From: Pseudogymnoascus verrucosus
Lineage: Eukaryota
Length of the DNA stretch: 37,612 bases
Reading direction: 5' to 3' (one strand)
Assembly: GCA_001662655.1 (NCBI GenBank)
Contig: KV460224.1
Made by a program: the position numbers and the translations under genes. This document shows positions 10,761 through 23,907 of this stretch, in pieces. The notes under the pieces are model-generated. The model made no database searches, was not told the DNA's origin, and saw nothing but the letters and a program-made list of their open reading frames with translations. The first letter of the stretch is position 1. Every line of letters begins with the position of its first letter.

Positions 10761-12562
10761 ATGGCATCAAGGGGCATGTCGTCCAATAACCACGACACCA
10801 GCATCGCCATGGCAAAAGCACTCCTTCCCCTAACTCTCACGGGGGGTTTCTTGGGTGTGCTGAGTACAGCATGGCTCCGTGCGGTCAACAGCAATGTCCC
10901 GTCTCCTTACATGGTACTATACGACCGACTCGCCATATTCCACTGAAACACGTGCTGACGAACATAGGACGAGATATTCCACATTCCCCAGGCGCAGCAG
11001 TACTGTGCATCTGATTTCTACACCTGGGACCCGAAGCTTACCACGCCGCCGGGACTGTACGTCTTTTCGCTGCTGCTGAAGCCTGCGACACGCGCGGGGT
11101 GCACGGCCGCGGAGTTGCGTGAAATCGGTGCTGTGGCGCTCGCGGCATTATTGGTGGTGTGCTATTTTCTACGGAGGTCATTGAGTGGTGATGGGAAGCG
11201 TGTGAATCGGTCGTGGCAAGTCGCGCATGAGGCGTTGAATGTGTGCCTATTCCCGCCGTTGTTCTTTTTTTCAGGGCTGTATTATACGGACGTGCTGTCT
11301 ACACTTGTGATTGTGGTGGCGTATTTTGCATTCCAGCGGGGCGCAGGTGGTGCATCTGTTGGAGGGGGGCTGCTAGCTTATGGGCTGGGCGTTGTAGGAT
11401 TGGTGATGCGGCAAACGAATGTTTTCTGGGTAGGCGTCTTTCTGGCAGGGATGGAGTGGGTTAGAACTTGTACGGATATGGCAGCAAAAGGGCCAACTCG
11501 GGGAGGGCAAGGGAAAGACGCAAGTTTGATAGAAAGGGTGCTAGGCCCGTATACGCGTGGCGAACTGCATGATCCGTCAATCGAGGAAGCCGGTCCTTTG
11601 GGTAAGTCTACTATCCACATCGTGAGAATGATGCTAACGAAGCAGATTTTCTCTACTGCCTCATTAGCATCGGCATATCAGCCGTAAGCCACCCGATAAT
11701 CGTAATTTCTCGGCTATGGCCCCAGATCGCACTCCTCCTTTCCTTCGGGGCCTTTGTCGTCTGGAATGGCGGCGTCGTATTAGGTACTCTCCCTAACCCC
11801 CTTTCAACTCCAACTCTGACAGAACTAGGCGACAAATCAAACCACGTTGCGACCCTCCATCTGACGCAAATGCTCTATCTTTGGCCTTTCATAGCCTTCT
11901 TCTCCTTCCCCCTATTTCTTCCTACCGTCATCACCGCCCTCTCTCCGACCTTCCCTAGAGCCAGCACTCTCGCCTGGGCCCTCCTCGCTATTGCGCTCAG
12001 CCTGGTCATCGTCCATTTCAACACGCTCATTCATCCTTTTACCCTCGCCGACAATCGGCACTACATGTTCTACGTCTTCCGGTACACGATCTTGCGGCAC
12101 CCACTAATAAAATACGCGCTCGCACCGATATACATCCTCTTCGGGTGGTTCGTACTACGTACGCTCTATAGACATGAGCCAATTTCCTTTGGTACTACTA
12201 CAGGCCTACAAGAAACACGACGACAGGGGAAACCGTCCTGTTCTGCAATGCAAAAGAGCGAGAGAAATCCAGCAGCGGAGACGAAGACATCGTTTGCGCT
12301 CATCTGGCTCCTTACCACAGCTTTGTCACTAATTACCGCCCCTCTTGTCGAGCCACGATATTTTATTCTTCCGTGGGTGATATGGCGGCTGCATGTACGG
12401 CCTAGCCACGGGTCCCTCGCAAGTGTGAGTGTGGAGTGGACTAGGTTATGGGGAGAGACGCTGTGGTTTCTCGTAGTGAATGTTGGAACATGTGCTGTGT
12501 TTTTGGGGAAGGAGTTTGAGTGGGCGAGTGAGCCAGGGAGAGTGCAGAGGTTTATGTGGTAA
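10761..12562 (+). CDS. ALG10: Dol-P-Glc alpha-1,2-glucosyltransferase Alg10/Die2
   Basis: Exons 10761-10913, 10968-11601, 11646-11783 and 11829-12562. Spliced motifs: VPSPYM|DEIFHIPQAQQYC, WDPKLTTPPGLY, LYYTDVLST, RQTNVFW, WNGGVVL|GDKSNH, HPFTLADNRHYMFY, LVEPRYFILP and C-terminal QRFMW. The start could be a slightly downstream ATG. Confidence 0.92.
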
Positions 12563-13334
12563 TGGAGGGCTGTAATAGGACGTGGGAGTGTTTTTGTTGT
12601 TGATGGGCCTTGGTTGAAGGGGGCAACTGGACTTGTAAATTATGCCACCGACAAGAAAAATATTGGTACAGTAGAGATAGATATGAGCTCATCTAATTCA
12701 GGACAAGAACTATCCATTCGACTGCAGTTCTCAGAATGTCCCGGACTATTTTATTCACTCCCATCATAACTAAGAAAATAAAGCTTATAGGGGCGGGCTG
12801 TGATAGGGGGAGAAGCCAAGCGCGATAAGTAAAGTAGGAGTTTTGTAAAAATTCCTAAAAAGGATATGGAACATGTAAAATAAAAGAAAGGACGCCTTAC
12901 TAGTGTTTTGTCTGAGAAATATCTGAAAATATAAAGCTTACATGATTTTTCACAGTTTATAGTTCGTATATCTACAGATTTATTTATCACATAACATAAT
13001 CTTATATCTCAATGGCACGTTGCGCGTAACGTGGGGAGTTTGATTGAGGGGTATAAGGTACGAGAGAAGTACTATAATTGTCGGCTAGACTGATAGAGAT
13101 TTGAGGTACTAGCCAAGTATCTCCCGCCAATTGTGTCTCATGATTCGTGGAGCGGTTGTCTCTCCGACGAACCCCACTGCGGGATATGGCCTATCGATTT
13201 TCTGCCCCCCTCACGACCCCTCATCATCCTGCCCTCTTAACGTCTCCTCCTGCTCTTCTTTGATTTTTATATATCTCAGTATATAATTACTTGTATCCTG
13301 CCTTCTGTATAATATTCCCAGCGAGTTTAGCTGA

Positions 13335-14574
<1,240 letters not shown>

Positions 14575-14868
14575 TTTAGCCCGATTAGATTTAGATGGTG
14601 AGGGTGCATATCGTTGATGTCTATATTGTGGAACTTCGGCCAAATTCAACTGCTCAGTGTGATGCAAGTGAGCGAAGTGAAGGTCATTTCAAAGTCTGAT
14701 GAATATGTGAGATATCGAGGATCAGCGGTGAGGAGTAGTCAAGATTGAATTGGACACAACATCCAACTGGAGTTTGGGATATTAGGGTCATTAAATTATA
14801 ACTTGCTTATGAAGAAATGCCGGGTCTTTGTTCACCCAGCCTCCTGCCAACTAACTCTATCCAAACCT

Positions 14869-15410
14869 CTATGCAGCAACATAGAACTCCTTCTGCATCA
14901 ACATCCATGTTATAGTTGAGGTGCTGACGACTATTGGCCCAGCAAGCGGCGAACCCCACTCCGCAGTTCCGAAAATGAGCCACTCGCTCGCGAAGTGCGC
15001 GAAGGCAACGGCGTATGTGCAGAGCGCAAGGGCGTAGAAAGCCGGGTTATCAATGTTGTAAGAGGCGAAAAGGCGGACAAGGGCAGCGATGAAGGTCCAG
15101 GTTCCGAAGGTGCGAGCGGAAAGGGGGGTGACGAGCGGGGAGTGCGGGACAGGGGCCGAGGGGGTGGCAGGGAGGGCCTTGGGGCGCGCGGGGTCGATGT
15201 TGTAGATGCGGCGAGTGTAATAGAGGGTTGCGAAGGATTGGACGGAGTTGCCAATTGCGACTATGGAGGTCTGGTAGCAGTTAGTTGGTGATGCGTTGGG
15301 ATGAAGCTTGGAGCTTCGTTGTGACGCGGATAGGGGTTGCGACGTACAAAGAGCATCCACTTTGGGAGGAAGCCCGCATGTTGGGGCAGGTATGGGAGTA
15401 TAGCGTCCAT
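14869..15410 (-). CDS. ERG28: Ergosterol biosynthesis scaffold protein Erg28
   Basis: Exon 1 15410-15348 (MDAILPYLPQHAGFLPKWMLF), intron 15347-15271 (GTACGT...CTAAC...CAG), exon 2 15270-14869 (TSIVAIGNSVQ...VTPLSARTFGTWT...HFASEWLIFGT). Confidence 0.92.
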
Positions 15411-15680
15411 TGCTTCGTGTAGTGCAGCGTCACAGCTTGTTTGTGTGGGTGAGAGGAGGAAGCGTTATTAATTAATATGTTGAGGGCCAGGAATATCATC
15501 AAATGTTTACATTTTTCGGACACTGTACAGCAATATCCCATGTGAACCGTGCACGGACCATCAATGATGCGGTACCTGTCGTGTACGACACAAGCTCTCC
15601 CAACATATTTCAAAACTGAAATCAGCCCAAGAAACATTCGACAGATAATTCACTAATACCACCGCCATACGACCAGCAAA
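15411..15680. promoter_or_regulatory. Short bidirectional promoter shared by ERG28 and the 3-ketoacyl-CoA reductase gene
   Basis: Only 270 bp separate the two divergent ATGs (15410 and 15681). The interval contains a run of palindromes at 15547-15590. Confidence 0.6.
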
Positions 15681-16741
15681 ATGGCAATCGACGATATCTT
15701 GGCTGCGATTCCGAAGCCGGTTACGGTTGGATTCGCTGCATTGGGTGCTTTGTGGCTGGGCAGGAAGGTCGTCAGCTACATCGCCCTCCTCTTGGACCTC
15801 TTCATCCTCAGCGGCACCAATGTAAGGATAACTCCGCAGAATTTCTTTCTGGAACAGAATAAGCTCTGACACATCTATAGCTTCGCAAGTATGGGCCAAA
15901 GGGCACCTGGGCAGTCATCACCGGCGCCTCCGACGGCCTTGGCAAGGAATACGCCCTCCAGCTCGCCGCGAAGGGCTTCAACATCCTCCTCGTCTCCCGC
16001 ACCGAATCCAAGCTCGCCACCCTCTCCCAGGAGATTGAGACGAGGACGCCAGCCATCAAGACGAAATACCTTGCCATGGACTTCTCCAAGGATAATGCGA
16101 CCGACTATGCCAAGCTGAAGGCGCTTGTTGACGACCTCGATGTCGGAATCCTCATCAATAACGTCGGACAGAGCCACTCATACCCCGTCCCGTTCCTCCT
16201 GACGCCGCACAAGGAGATGCGCGACATCATCACGATCAACTGCCTTGGCACGCTCGAGGTGACTCGCCTCATCGCACCTGGAATGGCCCAGCGCAAGCGT
16301 GGACTCATCCTGACAATGGGCTCCTTCGGCGGACTTCTCCCCACGCCGCTTCTCGCTACGTACTCGGGATCCAAGGCATTCCTCCAGCACTGGTCGACGT
16401 CTCTTGCATCTGAGCTCGGCCCGCAAGGTGTGGACGTGCAGCTTGTGCTCTCTTACCTCGTGACTTCCGCCATGTCCAAGATCAGACGCCCATCGGCTAT
16501 GATTCCCAACGCTCGCAACTTTGTCAAGTCGGCTCTCGGTAGTGTGGGCCGCTCAGGTGGTGCAAGGAAGACCGCGAACACGTCGACACCGTACTGGAGC
16601 CACGCCCTCATGCAGTGGTGGATTGAGAACACGAGCGGCACGAGCAGCCCAACAACGGTGGCTATTAACAAGAAGCTCCACCAGGATATCCGAACGAGGG
16701 CATTGAAGAAGATTGAGAGGGATGCGAAGAAGAGTACTTGA
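15681..16741 (+). CDS. IFA38: Very-long-chain 3-oxoacyl-CoA reductase (SDR)
   Basis: Exon 1 15681-15821, intron 15822-15880 (GTAAGG...CTGAC...TAG), exon 2 15881-16741. N-terminal membrane anchor, [35 protein letters not shown], catalytic [17 protein letters not shown] and C-terminal KKST. Confidence 0.93.
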
Positions 16742-17428
16742 GACATGAAGGGTACTTAATTAACTTGGCGAAAAGATTGAAGTGTGGATGGACGGCTTAT
16801 TTTAAAAATAGGGGTGATGACACTGTATGAGATAGGGATATGGGATGGCATAGTTTAGCTTGGGGAGTATAGGGGGGGAGGGGTAATGGCGGCGGTAAAT
16901 TTATGGAAGAGGTTGAGTCTCATAACGTAACCAACAAGCTACGAGTTCAGTATATATCATTGTTCTGTTAGACATCGTGACTCCTTTGCCCTTTCTAAGC
17001 CTGGTGATAGCATCAACTCAGAATAATCAGGATAGACCCGTTGTATGCTCTCCTTTTATATTGTACTCGTAAACTACTGTTTGGAGACTATTTCGATGGG
17101 AGGAAGGCGGCTGTAAACCGTCTTACCGCCTGCTGCGCCACACCTGTCAAAGTTCTTATCGGCTAATTCGCCACACTGATAGCGCGGGGTACATGGGCCT
17201 TGAGGGGACTCGTCAGCTAGTACGTAAGTACAGTACAGCCCTCGACGACGACGACGCCTGTTTCTTTAGTGGTACGAGTTTGAAAACTCTCTTCTTTCCA
17301 TCTTTATATTTATACAGTTCTCCTGTGCAGTCACCGACAGCAGCACGAGAGATACTGGTTTACATTTACAGAGACGGCGAGAGGAGAGAAAAGAAGAGAA
17401 GAGGATAGTACTGATCAGATCATTCAAC

Positions 17429-18890
17429 ATGCCCGTTCACGTTGCCAAAGGTACGCTTGTCAGCTCTCCTTCCGTTCAGTGATCAAAAACCCGGCTATGG
17501 CCCGATTTGCGGTGGCGGTATACGCAAGCATCAAGTAGCCTAGTCGCTCGAATTCGCTCTCTTCAATACTCCCATCTGCTTCCGTTGATTCATACTTTCT
17601 CACATCACATTCCATACCCATTTTCACAATCCTCCGAGTCGTACGACAATAACCATGAACTGTCCCAACCGTCCAACGAATCCCTCTTCTAACTCGGTGC
17701 CTACAGGCGCCATAATCGCCATCTCCGTTATTGCCGCCACCGCCGTCGCCGTCTACGAATCCCCCGAGGTGCGCCAGTTTATTCTCAACCTCCGTCGACA
17801 AGCGGCACATACCCTACACAACCTCGGCGACAATATCGAGCCTAGAGAGCGCCGCGAGGAGGAATACAATCAACAGCCTCTATTCAATAGACCCGAGGAT
17901 GCAGAGGGCGTGGTAGAAAGAGACGGCGTTGACGCCGACGATGCGAGCAGGAAGAGACAGATGGAGGAGCTGGCGTATTGGAACAGGCTGAGGGAAGAAA
18001 AAGAAAAAGAAAGGGAACAGAACCCACCGGCCGAAGGGCAGAGGAAACGCACACGCTCATCGAGCTTCGGTGACTTCCTCGCGCAGGATGGCGACCAGGG
18101 AACCTACGTCCTTCGCAGTGGAGCGGAGCCTGTAGCAGCAGAGAACCTTGTGCACCGTCATGCTGGAAGAGGCATCGATCGCGGCGCCATGTTTGCCAAC
18201 CCCTTTGGTGACGAGCACGGTATTGAGCTCAGCTCGCGCGAGGCAGGGTGGGGGTCGCAGATTGATCAGTCGCAGACCCTGATGACGCCTGGGAAGGACG
18301 AAGTGATGTCCGTGGCCGATAGTGATGGGCTGTACTGCGCGTCTGACAATGTGATCCGTCGACCTGCTGGGATTACTGGGGCTTCCGCGCTATTTACTGC
18401 GCCCGTGCCGTTCCAGGTAGGCGAGAGGCCTGTTGGGATAGTCGAGACGCCATCGCTATTCAGCGCGCCTACACCTTCGATGAACCAAGAGCTACTCATC
18501 GACGCGTCTGAGTCTAATGATGCAGCGCCAGTGGTCTCTGAACGGGCAGTACCCGACGAAGCCGAAGAGACACAATATGCGACATCTGCCTCGCGCATGC
18601 ACGCGGATGGCGAGACCGACGCGTATGCTGCCATCCACGCTTGGGCTGACGGTGCAAACAGCACGGCAGGCTTCTACTCGCCGCTCCCGGCCACACCGCA
18701 AGTGATCTCCGAGGCGTCAGATGGTGGATTTGGGAGCGACGCCGCATCATCGAATGGTGCTGCGACGCCGAAGACGTCGGATTCCGTGTCTCTCGTCGGA
18801 GGGGAGAGTGGGAGCGAAGGCAGGAATACGCCAGGGAGTTGGACGGAGGTCGGGAGTGTCGTTAGTAGCATCGAGGGAAGGGTTGTATAA
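17429..18890 (+). CDS. Conserved fungal hypothetical protein with an N-terminal hydrophobic anchor and a largely disordered acidic/Ser-rich body
   Basis: Proposed micro-exon 17429-17450 (MPVHVAK+G), intron 17451-17706 (GTACGC...CTAAC...CAG), exon 2 17707-18890, in frame with the 411-aa ORF. This gives MPVHVAKGAIIAISVIAATAVAVYESPEVRQF. Also contains FANPFGDE and C-terminal TPGSWTEVGSVVS. Confidence 0.75.
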
Positions 18891-19124
18891 CTTCTTAATT
18901 ATGAATAGGAATCGGAATTAGTGTAGGCGTAAGGAATCATTTCTTCTATAAGGGAAACTATAGTCTAGAAATAAGAACTTTTATTACTATTACCTTTACT
19001 CTTACTCTTCTTTATTAGAATGTAAAGCCGTTTCCTTGTCTTAGGCGTGCAGCAAAGCTATGCCCATCTGCTAATATATACAAGGATGCCTTCTAATACA
19101 GTGCTATAATAATGTTTCCTAAGC

Positions 19125-19152
19125 ATGCTATACTATGCTATGCTATGCTATG
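19125..19152. repeat. (ATGCT)n pentanucleotide microsatellite
   Basis: atgct atact atgct atgct atgct atg, read directly from the sequence. Confidence 0.7.
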
Positions 19153-19221
19153 GAATGAGGCTGCTGTAGCAATGGGGGTTTTAAACCTCGTGATTCTAAA
19201 TACACAATCATTTGGTATACC

Positions 19222-19809
19222 GGCATGGACTAGATGGCATTCCCGCGCACCTTCGATACTAAGCAACCACAAAACTTCAACGACGTCGATATCTTTCTGG
19301 GCTCTACTAGACCGATCAAACCTCGTGATGGGCCGACGGAAATGGGCTTTATCCTTATCATCACATCGTGTGATGGATACGTGATGGATTCAAGGCAAGC
19401 TGGTGCAGGGGATCAGACTTAGACGAGTAAAAACTTTCTAGACTTAGAACAAGTGCTTCAAGAGATGGAACGAAGATACATCAACGCTTTAGTGGGTGGT
19501 GTTCACGTACTGGCATTGGCATTCCGGTCAATTGTCTTGACAAACCTTCTAAACATCCTTAACTCATCGAACCCACGACTTCAACAAGGCGACGTCATGT
19601 TCACACCCGAATACGCATTCCACAAAGCTAAGTCTATAGAAAACGACCGCATCGGCGATATCTTCGCATGCATGACCAAGTATGGCTACCTTTGGTTTGC
19701 TCGGCAACATTTTCAGCATTATGTTCCTGTCGGTCTGAATAGCCATTTGCGTGGGAAGCTGACAGAACTCATATCTGATCATCTCCATCGAGAACAAATA
19801 TCATGGTAA
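19222..19809 (+). pseudogene. Truncated remnant of a fungal-specific (Zn2Cys6-class) transcription factor, middle/C-terminal region
   Basis: ORFs 19234-19422 and 19453-19809 are in the same frame, with in-frame TAG stops at 19231-19233 and 19420-19422. The peptide FDTKQPQNFNDVDIFLGSTRPIKPRDGPTEMGFILI matches the FDTxxPxNxNDxD...RxGPTEM.F motif of fungal TF middle-homology regions. No N-terminal zinc cluster is visible. Confidence 0.65.
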
Positions 19810-20267
19810 AACTAAGCCGTCAATTTTAAAGTAGAGGGGATTACTAGGATACCTGAATTCTAGTGTTGCATAGCAATGACTATATAGCGTTATCTTCTCA
19901 TTTGCTTTCCGCCATATTGTATTCTCAGCCTGGCAGAGCTGTGTGGAGTACGCCGGCTAGTTTCTGCGGGATGTAACAATAGGAAGATCAAGGTGAGTCA
20001 GAGTGGAAAGTTAAAACCTAGCTTTTCGGCCGTATCATAGTTTCATACAGCATAAACCTTATTTCTACCGTACATGATCGCTTTTGCGGTGGCAAATCGG
20101 TGCCTAGTCTACTTCTCGTCTCCGTCACAGAATCAACGACTGGACCTTTGGCTTCGGTCATGCAAGGACATCTGTACCTCGACAAGGGCGTCAGTGCAGA
20201 GTACCCATGATCAAGCCTAGGGGTAGGCATAGAGGTCAACAGAGTGCTAGATAGATCTCGTCCATTA

Positions 20268-21898
20268 CTATATCGGAACAATACTTCTGTCCCCTGTTTC
20301 CCCGAGACATTGGTTGAAGACCTCTATCCCTGGGCCGTCATGAATGCTATCGATCCACATGGCTTGCCTCAAATTATTCTTTCCTTCGAACCACGTCCTC
20401 CCTAGACTGTCCCGGATTAGAGGGCGCAGTCTTTGCAGAAGCCAGGTCTGATCAGGGCCTCGGAACACAGACGTTGCCCCCACCATCAAGGCCCACGCGA
20501 AGAGATAGCTCTCTCCGGCGGTGCTGGGTGTAAAGGTCATGCAAGCTTGTCGGAGTTGGTTGGCCAGACGCGGGTACTCGAATTTGACACCAGGAAAACC
20601 CCAGAAGATAGTTGTTAAGAAAGCGAGGAGTGATAACCGGAGAAGCTCGGGGAAAATGTCGTTGTCCTCAAATTCGAGCATGAGCAGTCGGGATTGAATG
20701 TATGTTATGAGATCCTCGAGAGACATCTCCCTTATCCTGTGACCGGAATCGTGGCTATCGTTGATAAGCTGTGAGAGGTCCTGGACATCCTTCAAGATAG
20801 CATAGAGCCTCCTTTCTAAAGTCCGCACCACAGAGCGCGAGCGGGAGAAGCAGGACGCGTCCGATGGCTTGAGCCGGGCAAGTTCAGGTGAACTGTCGAA
20901 AGCTGAGTCGAACGACGCAGCATCTTGGTGAAAGGCTAGATTCGCGCCGGTGCAGATGCTGTGGACTAGACCAGTTCTTCCGGCGTTGGCAGGTCAGCGA
21001 TTGGCCGGAGCCCGAGAAGCTGAATATAAGAGAGAACTAGCGACTTACCGGTGAAGTTTGGATTGAAGCAGAGGGTGACTTGCAAACGATTCTATGCCAC
21101 CACGCAGGTCGACGATTTTCTTGAGACCCATCACGTGCATGTGGGCGGACTCTACGTCTCCAAAGGACTCGGCGATCAAGGCCAAGGCCATGACGACAAT
21201 GGTTGTCGAGTCGGTCAGTGCAGTGTTCGGATCAGATAGTTGCTTGTTAAGCTCGTGAATCATCCTGTAGGCGTGAAACTCCGTCCTCTTACTCTTCTGC
21301 CCCCTCAAACTATCTAAAGAAAAAGACGTCATGTAAAGGATGGAGTGCAGGTAGGCCAAGTCGAGAAGGGCCCAGTGAAACCAGTGTGTCTTGGGAGTGT
21401 CAGGGCGAGAGTACCTCACGATCGGGTACATTTCATCTTTCATGTACGAAAAATCTGGAGGACAGAAGGCGTCAGGGGCAGGGCGTGCTCATGGTCGGAG
21501 GGGAGAGACGTACATGCGCATAGCAAGCTGCGCGAACTACTATCGATGTCTTCAGGGAACTTAATGAAAGTGAACATGTCGGCAGCACCGGGGACCATTT
21601 CTGCATGTCTGATGCGGGCCAGAGCATCCTCGTCAGAGTCGAGCAGCTCACTTCGTGTCCGAGCTCCGTGGGACTCTTCAGAAGAATCACTGTCTCCTGC
21701 AGCATGCTGCGGCCGTTGTATTCCCACGGCGGTAGCCGCGGAACGGCCCTTCACTCGACCAGGAAGAGCTCGTGTACGGGTATTCTTCCCCCGCATGACG
21801 TGACTCCGTATGAGCTTACGATCTCCAGCAGCCGCCTGACCATAGGCGTCGGCGGCGACAAAGACAAACCCCTTAGCCGCTCGTGGCCCCTCGAGCAT
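20268..21898 (-). CDS. Fungal transcription-factor-like protein lacking a Zn2Cys6 cluster (Fungal_trans_2-like)
   Basis: Exons 21898-21514, 21454-21049 and 20976-20268; introns GTACGT...CTGAC...CAG and GTAAGT...CTGAC...AAG keep the frame. Motifs: FVFV...RKLIRSHVMRGKN, WFHWALLDLAYLHSIL, TDSTTIVVMALA, AHMHVMGLKKIVDLRGG and LRQAMWIDSIHD. Confidence 0.75.
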
Positions 21899-22887
21899 CG
21901 TTCCGTTGGAATGTACCGGTACCTTTAGACGGGGACAGAATCTACCCGGGCACACCGTTGCAAGGCTGTTTGCTGGCAAGAAGTAAGTTTGCCAAGGTGC
22001 CAGTATCACTCAGATGGAAGCTAAACCACGGGGTATCTGCCCAGGTGGGGCTGCAAGCGTGCTCTCGTCCATATGAAGAATGTATATGGTGCCAAATATC
22101 GGCATTAAAACGGCGATGGGATGGGTGGCGGTATGTTCGGCTGGTTGTCGTCCGAATTAGGGAAACAATTGAAGGAGGTAAGTTGCCGAGAAATTCAGAA
22201 GATCCTTGCTGTGATATTTAGTTTGCCCCGGAGATAAGATTGTTTCCCTTTTGTGGCCTTAGCGTAAACGCTATGCCACCACCCCACAGTTTCGGATCCT
22301 CCTCCCTGCGAATCTAGTAGGTACCTGTTGAGAAATATGGAGCTAAGCTACTACGTAGATCTTAGGCACCGTCGCTTTATTAATAGCTTCTTACCGTTTT
22401 AGGGAAACAATCAACTGGGCTTATCAAGCAGTGCCATGGCTTAGTGCAAAATGCTAGTTGCAGGTAGAGTTCTTGGATTGTTTACTTAATGAGGATAGGA
22501 TATTCGGTGCAAGCTACGGCAAAACTAAGTTGGTCTAATCTAGGCATAGAAGCATGCAAGAGCCAAAGGCCATGCGCCCTACACCAGTGGCTGTTGATGA
22601 GAACACGCCATGGCAGTGGGATTTGAGTAATTCACCCCTAATATACGGATCATAGACATGACACAGACACTTCATGCGCTTCGAGGCTTCCGGTTCTAGG
22701 CATGTGTGAGCTTGAGCTTATAAATCCGACATTTAGTGGAACCGCTCTGTAGGAGCTCAAACGCACTGCTGGTATAAAACGACTTGCTTCCTCTCTCAAA
22801 CTGACAGTCACACATCATCAACCTACCACAACAACACCATCCCATCCTCTTACTGCACAAGTCAGACCCCATAAGAAATCCATCGCA

Positions 22888-23907
22888 ATGTCTAGATACA
22901 CCGCCTCCCACGCTAACCCCCAGGGTCCTGGAGATGCGCGGCCTACGGCTCTTCAGGTCGTTGAGGACGAATGCCTCATCGGCAAGCTCACTGGCAAGGT
23001 CGCCCTTGTGGCGGGCACAAACTCTGGTATCGGTGTCGAAACAGCGCGAGCTCTCCACGCCGCCGGTGCCACTCTCTACCTTACTGCCAGAGACGCCGTC
23101 AAGGCCCAGCAGGCCGTCGACAAAGTCAAGAACGGACCCGGCCCCAAATCGGATGCGCCCGTCCACGGCATAGAGCTGCGGCTGGATTCCCTCGCCTCGG
23201 TGCGAGCAGCTGCCATGGCCTTCCACGAGAAGAGCGACAAGCTTAATCTGCTCATCCTCAACGCGGGCGTTATGGCCACGCCCGAAGGGAGGACCGAGGA
23301 TGGCTTCGAGACACAGTTTGGCACGAACCACTTAGGCCACTTCCTCCTCTTCCAACTGTTAAAGTCCGATCTGCTCGCAGCCTCCACGCCTGAGTTCCAA
23401 TCGCGGGTAGTTGTTGTGGCCTCCGCCGGCCATCGTTACGGCAAGGTCCGCTTCCATGACTTCAACTTCGAAAAGGACCCTTACGACCCCTGGGCGTCAT
23501 ATGGTCAATCCAAGACGGCCACTATCTACCTCGCCAACGAGATAGAAAGACGGTACGGGTCTAAGGGACTGCACGCCCTCCCTGTGCACCCGGGTATTGT
23601 CGCCACCAATCTCTCTCAGTATCTCAGCCAGGAGATAGTAGAGGGGATGTTAAATGATGAAACAAGGCATAAGACCATAAAGAGCGAACCCCAGGGAGCG
23701 GCCGCGGCTGTTTATGCTGGGCTGAGTAGGGAATGGGAAGGTCGAGGCGGCAAGTACCTCAGCAACCTCGTCGACGAGGGACCGGCGGATACTACGGGAG
23801 ACTGGTTGAATAACGAGGTTGGATATGCCCCGTGGATTTACGACGAGGAGTCTGCAAGCAAGCTTTGGAAGGCATCGAACGAGCTGGTAGGCTTTAAGAG
23901 CAAGTGA
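22888..23907 (+). CDS. Short-chain dehydrogenase/reductase, retinol-dehydrogenase/WWOX-like class
   Basis: Intronless 339-aa ORF. N-terminal GPGDARPTALQVV, Rossmann motif AGTNSGIG, ILNAGVM, FETQFGTNHLGHF, catalytic YGQSK and VHPG. Confidence 0.92.
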   Translation: MSRYTASHANPQGPGDARPTALQVVEDECLIGKLTGKVALVAGTNSGIGVETARALHAAGATLYLTARDAVKAQQAVDKVKNGPGPKSDAPVHGIELRLDSLASVRAAAMAFHEKSDKLNLLILNAGVMATPEGRTEDGFETQFGTNHLGHFLLFQLLKSDLLAASTPEFQSRVVVVASAGHRYGKVRFHDFNFEKDPYDPWASYGQSKTATIYLANEIERRYGSKGLHALPVHPGIVATNLSQYLSQEIVEGMLNDETRHKTIKSEPQGAAAAVYAGLSREWEGRGGKYLSNLVDEGPADTTGDWLNNEVGYAPWIYDEESASKLWKASNELVGFKSK

